From Eledone cirrhosa (lineage: Eukaryota): DNA of 64,000 nucleotides. Shown here piece by piece: positions 12,257 to 26,349 of the stretch. The position numbers were made by a program, and so were the translations under genes. Under the pieces are notes generated by a model. It did not search any database. It was given only the letters and a program-made list of their open reading frames with translations, and was not told where the DNA came from. Where the stretch lies: NCBI GenBank assembly GCA_964016885.1, contig OZ024740.1, positions 400,458,001 through 400,522,000 of the forward strand. Reading direction: 5' to 3'. Each line of letters begins with the position of its first letter. Position 1 is the stretch's first letter.

Positions 12257-13239
12257 CTGAACAGCTATAAATAGTAGACGTGTCTTAAGTCATAGCCTCT
12301 CGCAAATGAAGTACACTTTGGATAACAATCCAATAAACACTATACCTCCCCTGCTCCACCTCCTGCTCCTATCCTCCCCTTCTTCTTCTTCTTCTTCTTC
12401 TTCTTCTATTATCCTGCTTATTACTGCCACCCCCGCTCCCATAAGTGGCAGCCTCAACACCTAATGTTATGGTTCACAAACAAAGGTAAATAAAGTTTAT
12501 TACCCTTCCTAAATACAAGTATCTTGGACAGTACACACAAACGCCAATACTTTCTACAGCAAGCTATCATCCTATCCACTCCACGATTGCAACCAATATC
12601 GTTATACATATAATCATCTTCCAGTAATTATATTTTGTACGTTGTAATAAACTTCAATTGGAACAAATAAGAAAGCAACGATTTGTCGGTGGACTGTAAA
12701 GTTGAAGAACTGAATCAAGTAATCGCTGTTATAACTCATCAAAGAAACGACTGCATCATATATCTTGGTAAGTTGGCTAAATAGCTTCTGGCGTGATCCG
12801 TATGTGACATGATTACAGCACAGAGCTTGATTAACAGTATCTATTAAAAGACATTCGTAGCAAAGACTTTTATTAAGAAGTTCTATTAGAAAGCTATAAT
12901 TGAGGTAAATAACCTACTCAGTTGAATGTCTTGACAATTTTATTTTCATTCGATGATCACTGTTCGAATGTTAAGAATTCAAATGTTATGTGAAACTATT
13001 GGTAATTTGCAAATATGCTTCCTAAGATAAAATTAAAGTTGGCGTCCGTTCATCGGCCATTGTGTCTTATTCAATTTAGTTGTAGAAATATTTATGTATA
13101 ACAAGACTTCCTTATTGTATAATTCATGGTTGCGGCGGCCACCAATACAAGAGGTAAGTAATCCAGAATTGTATGAAGATATTATTTAGTTTAAACTCGT
13201 TTCCTTTACTATGGAAGTAAAATTAAAATATGAAATATA

Positions 13240-13711
13240 TAAATATATATGTAAATATATAGAAGATAAACAAATATATATATGAACATATACAAATATA
13301 TACAAGATAAACAAATAAATAAATATATATTAATAAATAAATAACAAATGAATATATATATAAATATATACAAGTTAAACAAATAAATATATACAAGATC
13401 AACAAATATATATATATATAAATATATACAAGATAAACAAATAAATATATATATAAATATATACAAGATAAACAAATAAATATATATATAGATATATACA
13501 AGATAAACGAATAAATATATATATATATATATATAAATATATACAAGATAAACAAATAAATAAATATATATATATATATAAACATATACAAGATAAACAA
13601 ATAAATATATATATATATATAAATATATACAAGATAAACAAATAAATATATATATAAATATATACAAGATAAACAAATAAATATATATATAGATATATAC
13701 AAGATAAACGA

Positions 13712-13780
<69 letters not shown>

Positions 13781-13960
13781 TATACAAGATAAACAAATAA
13801 ATAAATATATATATATATATAAATATATACAAGATAAACAAATAAATATATATATATAAATATATACAAGATAAACAAATAAATATATATATATATATAA
13901 ATATATACAAGATAAACAAATAAATATATATATATAAATATATACAAGATAAACAAATAT
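13240..13960. repeat. Minisatellite AAATATATACAAGATAAACAAATAAA(TA)n, variable length, about 20 units
   Basis: Tandem units with an internal variable TA tract. Confidence 0.92.
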
Positions 13961-14544
13961 AAGATGTTGACAATAATATCTTGCAAACTAATACACGTGT
14001 TACTATATTATGTCTTCATTTACTAGATCATGTCTTCATTTACTAGATTATGTCTTAAGACACAATTCTTATAACATATTCGAGTCCTACCATTAATATT
14101 CCTGAATACAACTGATAGGGCTGGTTTCATTTAATTAGGGCACAGGTTAAATAATTACCTTAATATTTATTTGTATAATTAGCAATTTCAAGATGAGATA
14201 TTCGTACAAGGACATGTACGGGCACTTGAGCAAGCAGTGGACAAACTATGATTGCAATTTAGTTTGAACTCTCTTTTGTAGTTGTTTCACTTTATTTATA
14301 CTTCCATAATTTTCAGTTATACAGGGCCTTCATGATAAACCTAATTTTACTAACCAAACATTGTTTTTGTTATGGTGAAGAAAAATACGAAATTACATAT
14401 TCACTTGATTTTCACATGGGTACAGGTATTTGGATAGTACAGTATAACTTTAATCAATTTCGAGAAAATACGATGAATACATAATCTCTAAAATACCTGT
14501 ACGCATGTTCCAAATACCTGTACCCATGTTCAAAATCAAGTAAA

Positions 14545-14610
<66 letters not shown>

Positions 14611-14611
<1 letters not shown>

Positions 14612-15008
14612 GGATATAGAATATAAATAGAAATGCAAAATATATCGCTGGCAATTAGTCTTTTACCTTAGATTTATTTGAATATCCTTAAGTTTCGAGA
14701 TAATCTCTTCTTCAGAAGGAATAAAGGGGTTAATCCAGTGTTCTAATTAGCAAGCTAGTTAGAACACTGGATTAACCCCTTAGCAAGCTAATTAGAACAC
14801 TGGATTAACCCCTTTACTTCATTCTGAAGAAGAGATATTATCTCGAAACTTAAGGATATTCAAATAAATCTAAGATAAAAGACTAATTGTCAGCGATATA
14901 TTTTGCATTTCTATTTATATTCTATATCCATATCTACATTGTTCTATCCTTCTAACTCCAAACGTTTATACCTCACTATGCAATGCTTCAAGTAAACTAC
15001 ACTTTCCT
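14611..15008. mobile_element. (TA)n-flanked fold-back element (PLE pLTR-like)
   Basis: 14611-14750 inverted at about 14788-14930; 33-bp tandem duplication at the centre; ~75-nt tail on the right; CTGAAGA-a-gagat-att-atctc-GAAAC-TTAAG at 14824-14854. Confidence 0.75.
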
Positions 15009-15029
15009 TATATATATTTATATATATAT

Positions 15030-15166
15030 ATAACAAAAAAGTGTGGTAAGGAACCGGGTGGACCATAACGCACCAGAGAACTCGATACTTAGGGTAGTAG
15101 AGTGGGTAGTAGGAGAAGAGTCAAGAACACGACGGCTGAGCTCCGGCCGTTTCGACTCTTTTCCTT

Positions 15167-15170
<4 letters not shown>
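15030..15170 (-). mobile_element. 3' end fragment of the hammerhead-bearing family at 29011-29273 and 33883-35081
   Basis: gtggtaaggaacc...ccataacgcaccagag...gtagtagagtgggta...gacggctgagctc...gccgtttcgac is homologous to those loci. Confidence 0.85.
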
Positions 15171-15238
<68 letters not shown>

Positions 15239-15622
15239 TTCAACTTTTACATATTTCAATTTTTGTACATTGCGATGTTGAATTAGATTTTGAAAGATCC
15301 ATTCAGGCTTAGGGTGTGTGTTTCTCCCACTAATTGTGACCAGTTGTAAGACATCTTTTAGCATATTTTACTCGATGGCTGTTCAGTTTCACCTGAAAAT
15401 GACATCTCTCGATATAGGCTTTAGCCAATATTTTATGTAATAGTCAGGTGAAAATATCTTGTCATGTATATAATAAATGCTTGGACAGAAAAAAATGATT
15501 ATTAGATAGATTAGTTCGATTCTTGTTTGGATTACTTCGGCAAACGAGTAACTTTTCTTTGCTCAGAGGCAATGTTTATAAACACTCGAGTAGAAAGAGA
15601 TTAAGTGCATATGACAGAGCAA

Positions 15623-15822
15623 TTAGTAGTAGTAGTAGTAGTAGCAGTAGTAGTAGTAGTAGTAGTGGTAGTAGTAGTAGTAGTATTAGTGGTAGTAGTA
15701 GTAGTAGTAGTAGTTGAAGTAGTAGTAGTAGTGGTAGTAGTAGTAGTAGTGGTAGTAGTAGTGTTAGTAGTAGTAGTAATAATTGTGTAGTAGTAGTAGG
15801 AGTAGTAGTAGTTGTTGTAGTG

Positions 15823-15871
<49 letters not shown>

Positions 15872-15882
15872 CAGTAGTAGTG

Positions 15883-15914
<32 letters not shown>

Positions 15915-16201
15915 GGTAGTAGTAGTAGTTGAAGTAGTAGTAGTGGTAGTAGTAGTAGTGTTAGTAATAGTAGTAATAGTTGTGTAGTAGTAGTAGTAGT
16001 AATAGTTGTAGTAGTAGAAGTAGTTGTAGTAGTAGTTGTAGTAGTAGTTGTAGTGTAGTAGTAGTAGTAGTAGTAGTAGTAGTAATAGTAGTAGTAGTAG
16101 TAATATTTGTAGAAGTAGTAGTAGTACTTCTAGTAGTAGTAGCAGTAGTAGTAGTAGTAGTAGTAATAGTAGTAGTAGTAGTGGCAGTAGTAGTAGTAGT
16201 G

Positions 16202-16262
<61 letters not shown>

Positions 16263-16297
16263 CAGCAGTAGTGGTAGTAGTAGTAGTAGTAGTGGTG

Positions 16298-16341
<44 letters not shown>

Positions 16342-16342
16342 G

Positions 16343-16417
<75 letters not shown>

Positions 16418-16420
16418 ACA
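15623..16420. repeat. Long degenerate (TAG)n microsatellite
   Basis: About 800 bp of TAG/TGG/CAG/TTG triplets; explains the poly-V and poly-S ORFs. Confidence 0.97.
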
Positions 16421-16659
16421 GCAGCAGCAGCAGCAGAAGAAGGAGAAGAATGCGCTGATGATGTCGATGATGTTAAAGAGGAGATGTAGTTGAGAATATA
16501 TTAAAGCATGAACAATGATAAAGAAAAGGGAAGCGCACTACAAATACTTAAACAGTTAACTTCCCCATGAACTCGATCTTACCACAGACACGTGTAGTCT
16601 ACTTGAACATCAGCTCGACTCAAGCAACGTAAGTGAAACTGAGTAGACTTAAACTGTGT

Positions 16660-16900
16660 TCAGCGTGTGTTTGTGGCGGCATCCCCCCTGGGTCGGTTGA
16701 GCCGGCTCCGTCCAACGAATTTACCGTATCCCGAATGAAGGCCGACCAAGCACGAGGGTCCGACTCTATCGAAGATATGAGTGACAGCCATTCGCGGTTC
16801 CATCGCCGAACCCAACACAGGCGTGGGCCTAAGGTCAGTTCAGAGTCTTGCCTCACTGTCCTAAGCCATGTTTTCAGTTGGCCTCCACGACGTTTCCTTC
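16660..16900 (-). mobile_element. Probable RTE-like LINE 3' fragment
   Basis: GC-rich island; minus-strand sequence encodes ...R.RGRPT.TWL and DPRAW motifs typical of LINE ORF2 C-termini. Confidence 0.5.
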
Positions 16901-18010
16901 ATCCCAATGATTACATATGCAATAAGAACGGCCTATCTTTTACATGATGATTCAGCATACAGCTTACATTAAGGTACAAAGGTAACGGAATGCTGAGCCA
17001 TTTACACTGAAATAAAATGATTGGGCAATTCGATTGATTGAACACTCGAACACTTGTACTCGAAAAAAAATGCTAGATCTGTGAAAAGAAAGAAGGGAGA
17101 AAGGAAAATATCGGTAATGGAAAGAAAAAAAAAAGAACGAAACGAAGATTCTTGTTCAAATTGTGGATAGAGAAGAAAACTAGGAAAGGAAAAGAGGTGG
17201 GGAAACGTGGTGATGAATGGAAAACAGTTGAATAGCAAATTATATAACTGAAAATAGTAAACTTAATTAGAAATTATTAAGGTTGGAAGATATAATAGAG
17301 AACAAAAAAAAAATACATTTGAAACAAAGCAAAAGAGGAAGAATGTTGAAGTAATAACAAGTTGAATAGAAATGAAGAAATGGAAAAAGATTTTAGTTGA
17401 ACCCTAGGTGAAGGAAAGAAATCATAGCGTTTATGTTTACATAAAGTACAAATCTTAGTGGCTTTTAAACTTAATTAATGATATTTATTGATGCAATTAG
17501 TGAAGGCAGCACAGATGTTTATCAGTGAATCAGATGGTAGTGCCGATAAAAAGGTTTCAAATTTGTATGCTCAACATAACTAAAAGAATGTGTTTATTAA
17601 GGAATGATAACTGTTAATCTGGCCTACGGAGGTAATATGTTTGAAAGCGAAATTAAGATCAAGAGAAAACATAAGAGAAATACTTAAAGTATTTTTGACA
17701 AAGAAAAAGTGATAAGACCATATGGTGAATGTGTTAGTTCTCACCTAAAACTAATGTCAAGTCAGAATAGAGATAGAGAGAGAAAGAGAGAGAGGGTGTG
17801 ATTGTAAGAATGAGGTAGAGAGAGGAACCTAGGAATAACTAGACGGTGTTGTGTTGTGTGACAGTTACAAATAGAATGACAGTGTGAAAAGAAATAGGTA
17901 AAAGTAAGACGAAACAAAAATGAAATACAAAAAATAATTATTAGAAATAGATTTTAAAAAGAAAATAATCTGTACATATATATATGTCTCTCCGCTTGTT
18001 TTATTTTCCT

Positions 18011-18041
<31 letters not shown>

Positions 18042-18051
18042 ATATATATAT

Positions 18052-18144
<93 letters not shown>

Positions 18145-19558
18145 TATGTAAAAGAGATATGTAAAAGGTAAACAGAAATAACAAAGATAAGAAAACATAC
18201 GGCGCAGTATATGGAAGAAATATATATATATATATATTATCTTTGTGTGTGTGTGTGTGTGTGTCTGGCTGGTGCACGTATTTGTGTTGTTTACATGGTT
18301 GGACTTGTAAGGGTGTGTGTTTATATAAGTATCTGAGAACACGTTTTCAGAAACATATTGTGATAGTTTGTAAAATGAAAGTAAGAAATATGTAAAACCT
18401 GTGAAGTTCTGTTCCTTCTACGACAACTAGTTAAAGAAGATGTGGTAAATGTTGATACCCATTACTTTTAAAGGTCGTGTAATATTCATAATCATTATTA
18501 TATAGGGAATTCGTCGACAGCAACACGTTACCTTTTAATGCTGGAAGCACAACTGAGAAAAACATTTGTTTTTCAATTAATGTAGCCTATATTTTATGAA
18601 ACAGCTGAGAGAATTATACCACCAACATTAATTTCTCTTTGGTTCCTGTTGGTAGTATCATTGATATTATATTTTCACCAATCTCTCCTCACTGGGATAG
18701 CATACCTCCCTCTTTCTTACACGACTAAGAATATTGCTTTATTTGTATTTATTTTAAATAATCGATTATTTACAGAGGAAGAGATAGCGCGGGAGATGAA
18801 ATAGAAACAATTATAGATACAGTGTATATATTTAAAATTTATTGTAACATATGCTAGTTCATATTTTATTAATATAATTTCTTTTTGCGGGTATACATAA
18901 ATGATATGGTATAATCCAATACATTTGAAATAATGTAGTTCGTAAATTTAAATTGAAAATGAATTGCACAGATGTCTATCGACAAGGAAATGTATGTATT
19001 GAATGTAAAAAAAAAAAAAATGATAAATGATGAATCGTTTCAAGTAATCAGTGCATTTGTTAAATAGATGACATAATATATTTAAGTCAAAATTGTAAAT
19101 ATTCAGTAAGTAACTGGATTTCAGATGGTGAGATGAAAGAGTAACAATTATATCATGTGAGGGTCAGGACAAATATGAGAAATAAACATTAGAACAAAAG
19201 CAAACATGTTCTGTATCTCAATCAATCATGGGAATTCTATGTGGTTGATCGAGGATAAAAAAATAAGGCAAAATACTCACATATTAAAAACAACCGTGAA
19301 GATTATAATAAAAAAAAGGAAATATTCAGTTCTGGAATACTTTTAACAAAGAACTGTTCGTACTAGGTAAACTGAACTAAACAACAACACTATCATCAAA
19401 AGAGAAACTCCTTCAAAAGACTCCGATAATTCAGTACTGTTATACATGGATATCTATGTTCAAATTCTACAACATGAGGTTAAATATATTTGATGTGAAA
19501 TATATTTCCACCTGGTAACCTTCCATCACAACTAGAAATATTAGTTAGATTAATACTG

Positions 19559-20053
19559 CTCAGATTACAACAAGATGGATCGAGTTTGGTGCTCAAATAT
19601 TTCCAACCACACCAAGATCACACTCTTCCAAGTAACAATTCAACCAATCTTGCTATATGGGAGTGAAACATGGACGCTTTCACCCAAACAACAAAAGCGC
19701 CTTGATGGCACTTACACTCGCCTGCTTCAGCGCATTCAAAACATAAGCTGGCGACATCTGCCTTTGAGAGAGATATATGCCGGCCTCCTGCACATATCTG
19801 TCGTTGTACGTAAGAGGAGAGCAATATTTGCTGGCCACTACCATCATGCCACCTACAAGGCTGTGTCCCCATTATTGCTTTGGAAACCACAAGCAGTCAC
19901 TAATAACAGGAGACGCAAGCTCTCCTATCCCGATGTCATCTCCAGAGATTCTGGTGTTGAAATCCAGGACTTGGCAACGGCAATGAACGACAGACCCACG
20001 TGCAGATCAATGGTTGAGTCCATTTCAGCTGCGGCCGAGGGATGATGATGATG
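19559..20053 (+). mobile_element. 5'-truncated RTE-type LINE with (GAT)n tail and TSD
   Basis: ORF 19575-20045 with PILLYGSETWTL...RLDGTYTRLL...NISW; (GAT)n tail; TSD aatactg at 19552-19558 and 20054-20060. Confidence 0.88.
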
Positions 20054-21167
20054 AATACTGATCCCCAATGCACTCCAAGCTCCACTTCAAACTCATCAAT
20101 GCTCATCTCCTTCATTCTTATGAGTATGCATGCTCTCTCATTGTCATCACTACTCGAACTAACCTAAAGGTGAGATGAAATTACTTTTTATAGAAATTAA
20201 CTTTATTTCTGAAAATAGTTTTCTCAGTAGAAACTATAAAAAAAAGAAACTCAGTACAAACTATAAATACAGAAGGGTAGACATTTGTTTATATGTACAA
20301 ACTTCAGATATTAACACATTTGAAACTCATTCTTCTTAAATCGATTCTGGGGTGTAATATTCTTAATAGGTAATACTATAGACTAGCGTAAATGATGCAG
20401 ATATTTTAATTAATATAAAAAAGAAATTGCCTATAACTACAGCATTCTCTGGTATTTATCTACTGATAAGCGACCGGGAAACTAGTAGAGGAAATCATAT
20501 ATTTTTTTGCTGTTTAGAAAGAGAATAACGGAATGTTTTTCTTATTTGTTTTAATTTAATCTGTAGCTTTACCTACTTTAAATTGAACTTCAATTTTCTA
20601 ATATACATTATACATAAATATTCATTACACAGACACACGGTCACAGACAGTCAAACACACACGTGTATGTATGTATATATATATATATATATATATTGGT
20701 AAACGGAATAGAAAATGCTGACAAATTGTTCACAGTTGAAAAATGGTTTAATTAGGAATAAAAGAGTATTAGTGATTGTATGGGTTAGTATTCAGTTGTG
20801 GTTTTAAGTTTTTAAGTTTTTACCGGTTGCGCATTTCTAAATGCTTTTCAAAAATAATTTTGAGATAGAGTGTCCGTGCTGTTTGCTCTGATCTGTATAT
20901 ATATATATACATATACTTGCTATGTACCTAAATAATATTTTGAATAAGTAATGTTCTGCGTAATACGGATTTTAGCATGTGTAAAGCATATTTGGGCTGA
21001 TTTATGGTATAATATGATTGCAATAAATTTTATTTTAATCCACTTTAATAATGTTGCTACTCCCTTTTAGTTATTCAATTAAATTCATTTCACGTTGTGT
21101 TGTTAATTTTTGAAAATATTTTAAGCTATTTATAGTTTCATTTATGTTTTCTCATTAATAACTATTA

Positions 21168-21354
21168 GGGCGGCGGATTGGAGATATCGGTAGAGCGTCG
21201 AACTACAACCTTGAGGCATAGAGTTATGTGTTCAAATCCCGCTTTCATCCTTACGAGGTCGATAAAATAAAGTACCAGTAAGGTACTGAGTCGATTTAAT
21301 CGACTTCTCCCTAAAAAAAAATTACTGGCCTTGTGCCTATACTAGAAATCATTA
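21168..21354 (+). mobile_element. Main SINE (long-tail form), diverged
   Basis: gggcggcggattgg head, B-box, central domain, ggccttgtgcc...agaaatcatta end. Confidence 0.85.
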
Positions 21355-22029
21355 ATAGATATTTAACTTTATATTGAATAGCTACAGCTAAACCACGTGG
21401 AGTTCATAACGTTACGCTTTCCGTTTACCTGTAACGGCTGTCCATTCTAGACGTTATTTCCAACACAAGACAATTCATTAGAGGTTTTCTTGGTATGACT
21501 ATGTCCTTAATCTTAATAGTAATATGCTAAAGTAGTGTACCTGAAGCATATTTTGAATACATAATGTTCTGTATAATAGGAATTCACTTTTATAATATAA
21601 ATATTTTATATGTATATATGTATGTGTGTATATATAGCAGGCAAAAGACTCCGTGTTGAGCAGTAGTCGGATCGCGCCTCTGAATCTGAATATTGATATT
21701 ATAAAATACGATATCGTTATAGTTAACATTTTAATTGAATATTCATTTATTTCGTATTTTAAGAATTGTTTTGATAAAATAATATATACCTATAAAAACT
21801 GAAGGACATGATATAATAATGGGAGGGCTGAAACGACATGCAAATGTAGTTGTCGGTTAGCAGCCTGTTCGGTATAATTGAACACCAAGCCCACTTACTT
21901 TTCTTTTTTTCCCATCTTTTTCCTAAGTATTTTTTATTTACTGAATTTACATTCATTCTTAAATTCTTTATAACATTCTTTTTGCACTGTTGCAGTTACC
22001 TCCCTTTATTTTACGGGTTCGATTCCAAC

Positions 22030-22365
22030 CCTTTTAGATGCCTGCGTTGGTCCTATCCACCCTTCTATACAAATGCGAGTCAATAACCATGCTACAAGGA
22101 AAGATCCAAACAGTGGAGATGAGATGCTATAGAAGGATCCTAGGAATCCCCTGTATAGAACACATAACGAAGAAGGAGGTCCGCAAAAGAATCACTCAGC
22201 ACGTGGGTCACTTTGAAGATCTGCTGACCACGGTGAAGAAGAGGAAGTTGAAGTGGTATGGGTCATGCGACAAGATTGGACGGACTCTCTGTCACAATTC
22301 TCCAAGGAACAGTGCGGGGGGAAGAGAAGGTGGGGGCAGACAGAAGAAACGGTGGATAGACAACA
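22030..22365 (+). mobile_element. RTE-type LINE ORF2 C-terminal fragment
   Basis: LLYKCES...EMRCYRRILGIP...VKKRKLKWYG...RQKKRWIDNI. Confidence 0.85.
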
Positions 22366-22514
22366 TATCTTTTCGGCCCAGGGCGGAAAAGCAGCAGGCA
22401 AAAGACCCCGTGTTGTTCAGTAGTAAGGTCGCGCCTGTGAATAGTTGTCGATTAGCAGCCTGTTCGATATAGTTGAACACCAATCTCACTTTTTTCCTAA
22501 GTATATATATATAT

Positions 22515-22559
<45 letters not shown>

Positions 22560-22570
22560 ATCAATTGTAA

Positions 22571-22624
<54 letters not shown>

Positions 22625-22639
22625 GTGGGTAATATTAAA

Positions 22640-22750
22640 TAATCGTTTCTACTTTTGGCACAAGGCCAGCAATTATTCCAGTACATTACTGGTACTTTAT
22701 TTTATCGACCCCGTAAGGATGAAAGGCAAAATTAACCTCGGCGCGATTTC
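22640..22750 (-). mobile_element. Main SINE, 5'-truncated
   Basis: Central domain and tail; TSD-like taatattaaataat at 22630-22643 and 22757-22770. Confidence 0.85.
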
Positions 22751-22807
22751 AATTTTTAATATTAAATAATATTCAATTACAAGTATGAGAAATGTAATGT
22801 ATTTAAA

Positions 22808-22922
<115 letters not shown>

Positions 22923-23550
22923 ATATATACTCGTTATACCTGAATGTATAGCTGTATCTGCGTCTGTGTACACTTTGCGACTAAATTCCCAAGGAATTAC
23001 TACCGATTGTAGGAGGATGCAAACATATGAAGGCTTAGCTAATCTCTAGGTTTAAACAGCGCGATCTAAATAAATATCACTTTCTATGATATAGTTCTTC
23101 GTTTTAAAAGACAAACTTTTCCCATGTAAAATAGTTGTGATAGTCCAGTGTTCATTTCCTAAGTGAATTATGACATAAACGTTTAGTATGCACAAACCGA
23201 AGGCGTTTGTTAGATCTATACATTATTGTTGTCTGTAAGGAATTCTCTTATTTTTTGTCGTCTTTCTTTAAAAGTTATTCTAAACACTTTACTCCATCAA
23301 ACATCTCTAAGGTGTCATGGTCTGCAATTTTACTCCTCTAATGCAGAAAATCTTTCTTGATATCACCACCCTGGAATAATCTATTGAGGAAATGGCAGCT
23401 CTCTCTACACCTACGATTATTTAATAAAATAAATCACTGCAATGTTGTTCACCCTGCCTCCATTCATTTCCCACTGCATATTGCAGCCTTAACATGGAGA
23501 GTCGACTAACTAGAAGTAGCCGTCAACTCGCTTTCAAAATACCATTAATA

Positions 23551-23889
23551 TTATGATTTCTACTAAAGACACAAGGCCAGCAATTTTGGGGGAAGGGAAA
23601 GTCGATTAAATCGACCCCAGTGCATTACTGGTACTTTATTTATCGACCCCGTAAGAATGAAAGGCAAAGTTAGCCTCGGTGGGATTTGAACTCAGACCAT
23701 AAAGGGCCGTAACTCTTTGCTGCTTTACGGCCCTTTATGGTCTGAGTTCAAATCCCGCCGAGGTTAATTTTGCCTTTCATCCTTACGGGGTCGATAAAAT
23801 AAAGTACCAGTCAGGCACTGGTGTCGATTTAATCGACATCCCCTTTTCCCCCCAATTGCTGGCGTTGTGCCTATATAAGAAACCATTAT
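23551..23889. mobile_element. Head-to-head pair of 5'-truncated main SINEs (minus 23551-23723, plus 23725-23889)
   Basis: ctcagaccataaagggccgtaa and ttacggccctttatggtctgag are perfectly inverted near the junction. Confidence 0.9.
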
Positions 23890-23904
23890 ATTAATTGGAT
23901 TTCT

Positions 23905-24268
23905 GGGCGGGGGATTATAAGTATCGGTAGAGCATCGGACAAAATACTATATGGTATAGAGTTACGGCCCTTTACGATCTGAGTTCGATTGCCGCCGAGG
24001 TTAGCTTTTTCTTTCAATCTTACGGGGTTGATAAATAAAGCCCCATTAATGCACTACCCTATGGTCATTGGCAGAATAGATTTGAATTCAGGTATGACCG
24101 TTTTCTTCTAAATAACAACATTATCTTATAATTGCTCGTTACTGCCTCCATGACATCGTTAATTAATGGTTTCTTATATAGGTACAAGGATAACAATTTT
24201 GGAGAGGGGAAAATCGATTAAATCGACCCCAATGTGTGACTGGTACTTTATTTCATCGACCCCGTAAG
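23905..24268. mobile_element. Two further diverged main-SINE copies (plus 23905-24055, minus 24166-24268)
   Basis: Homology to head, central and tail domains. Confidence 0.8.
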
Positions 24269-25432
24269 CGTTTCTTTAGCAGACTCAATTTGCTCTTCAA
24301 ACGATTGTATTCCATTCGCAGAATTACATGATGTGGAATTCTATTTAACTTTAATTCCTTTCACTTAGGGAACGACCACCAATAACATACACGAACATAA
24401 ACATACTATCACACATACATATTTATATATACAAACTCACATAAACACAAGCAAAAACACAATAATACTTTTCTACTTTTCTCCCTCACCTCTCTCGGGC
24501 ATTATAAGAAATCCATCTATTCCTCAATTCACATTCAACCATCCTTAGTAACCAGTGAACGCATTAGATAGTGCAATACTAAACACCTTTAAATAAATAA
24601 TTGTTTTTACTTTTGGCACAAGGCCAGCAATTATGACAATGCATTACTGGTACTGATAACAAGAAATATATGAAATAGGTATTAGGATTCATACGATGAA
24701 AGAACATCTTCAGGAAGGTGTGCTAGCATAGCTACAGTACAATGGTAGCTACCAGTAAAATGTATGAACCTATAAATTACTATCAAAGGAGCGAGGAAGT
24801 AGGAAGAGGGGTGTATAAGATCGACCGGCTGACAAGCTGATAGGATCATCGTAATTAGTGGAGACACACTACATAAAAATAATCTTCATTGTTTGACAGC
24901 TGTTTTAACCCTAATATTTCTGTCAACTGAAATTGTCCGTTCACAATAATGTTATTGAAACAACAGATTCACATATCTTTCGCCAACACTTTCACGGAAC
25001 GAGTTAGACAGGCTCAAATTCATACTAAACACTCAACACACATTCACGCACATACACATAAATACATCACCAATATACATCGTATAATTTCAATAAAATA
25101 ATCACGTGTTATATGATTCATCACAAGTAGAGTTTTAATCAGAGTTGGGACATTTGCTTTAAGATTTCGCATTCTAAAAGAATGTTCCAGAAGCCGATAG
25201 CAGCTCGAACAGAAGCCAAGTGATGACCGCGTATTTGCTTGACATGCTTGACATAAGACTTGCATTATCTAAAATCGTCTATCTTTTCTTTTTCAGATGC
25301 AAGGTTCTGATTTGGTGCAGTTTTGACTGCTAACTTTAGAATGGTGAGAGGCCAGGGATTAAAGATTCTCACACAGGCTGATTGTAAACAACATATTGCA
25401 ATAATATGAACATTTTCAGTTAGGAATTAAAA

Positions 25433-25630
25433 AAATAATAATTGTTTCTACTTTTGGCACAAGGCCAGCAATTAACCAGTGTATTACTGGTACTTTATTT
25501 TTATCGACGCCATAAGGATGAAAGGCAAAGTTAACCTCGGCGGGCTTTGAACTCAGAATGGCAAGGGCCGTAACTCTATGTGTCAAAGCATGGCGTCCGA
25601 CTCTCTACCGATACTGCCAATCCACCGCCC
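25433..25630 (-). mobile_element. Main SINE, full length
   Basis: Nearly identical to 63372-63560. Confidence 0.92.
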
Positions 25631-26349
25631 TTTTTAATCAAAAAAATAATAATATTAGCACAAATTATAGAACACACACACACATTCGCACATGCACACC
25701 ACACCCACCAAACACACACACACAACAAAAGCAACAATGACAAAAACAACAAAACAGGGGAAAGACAAACAGACAATATGAAGTATGTTTAAAGTAAAGT
25801 CGTGAGGCGAGAAAGGATATACAAATACTTGGCCTGATTTCTCATTGATTTATTTCATTCCATTAACACCACATAGATCATCGCATTGGTTCTTTGATTT
25901 GCATTTCTCGTCTTCTAAACCTTCTGACATCCTTATTAACTATCTCTCCCTAATTTTGTTTCCCAATACCTGTGGCGTTTTTCTCCATATGTCTACCCTT
26001 TGAGACATACGTTTTTACAACCACCCGCTTATTCCAGCCCTCCCTCTATTATTTGGGACCCGAGTGTATATATGTATGTATGTATGTATCTCCAAAATCA
26101 TTGGGTGAGATGACCCCTTAGCCTTTGTCAAGGCAGAATTATAGGAGAAGGAAAACTCAGATATAACACCTGCACTCCTGATGGTATCCAATGATGTTGA
26201 CTTGTTTTTCTTTTTGGTAAATATCATCTTGGTTAAGAGAGTGGGACTGGCTTTGTGCAGTGCCTTTGCTCACTATAAAAGCTTCACGGCACAGGCATTG
26301 CTTTATATCCGGAGATCTCTCTGCACTTGTCACATGGTACCATGGGCCC

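Noticed and set aside
12600-13200. Possible decayed PLE RT pieces (also about 21000-21130 and 40200-40460)
   Set aside because: Only faint motif resemblance by eye; needs a tBLASTn or HMM search.
13209-13986. 254-aa, 195-aa and 159-aa IYLF-rich ORFs
   Set aside because: Translations of an AT-rich minisatellite.
15523-16489. Poly-Val and poly-Ser ORFs
   Set aside because: Translations of the (TAG)n microsatellite.
25044-25265. Cys-rich minus-strand ORF (CQAC...CSSC), possible zinc finger or piggyBac cysteine-rich domain
   Set aside because: Short, with no supporting transposase or splice context; cannot be assigned.
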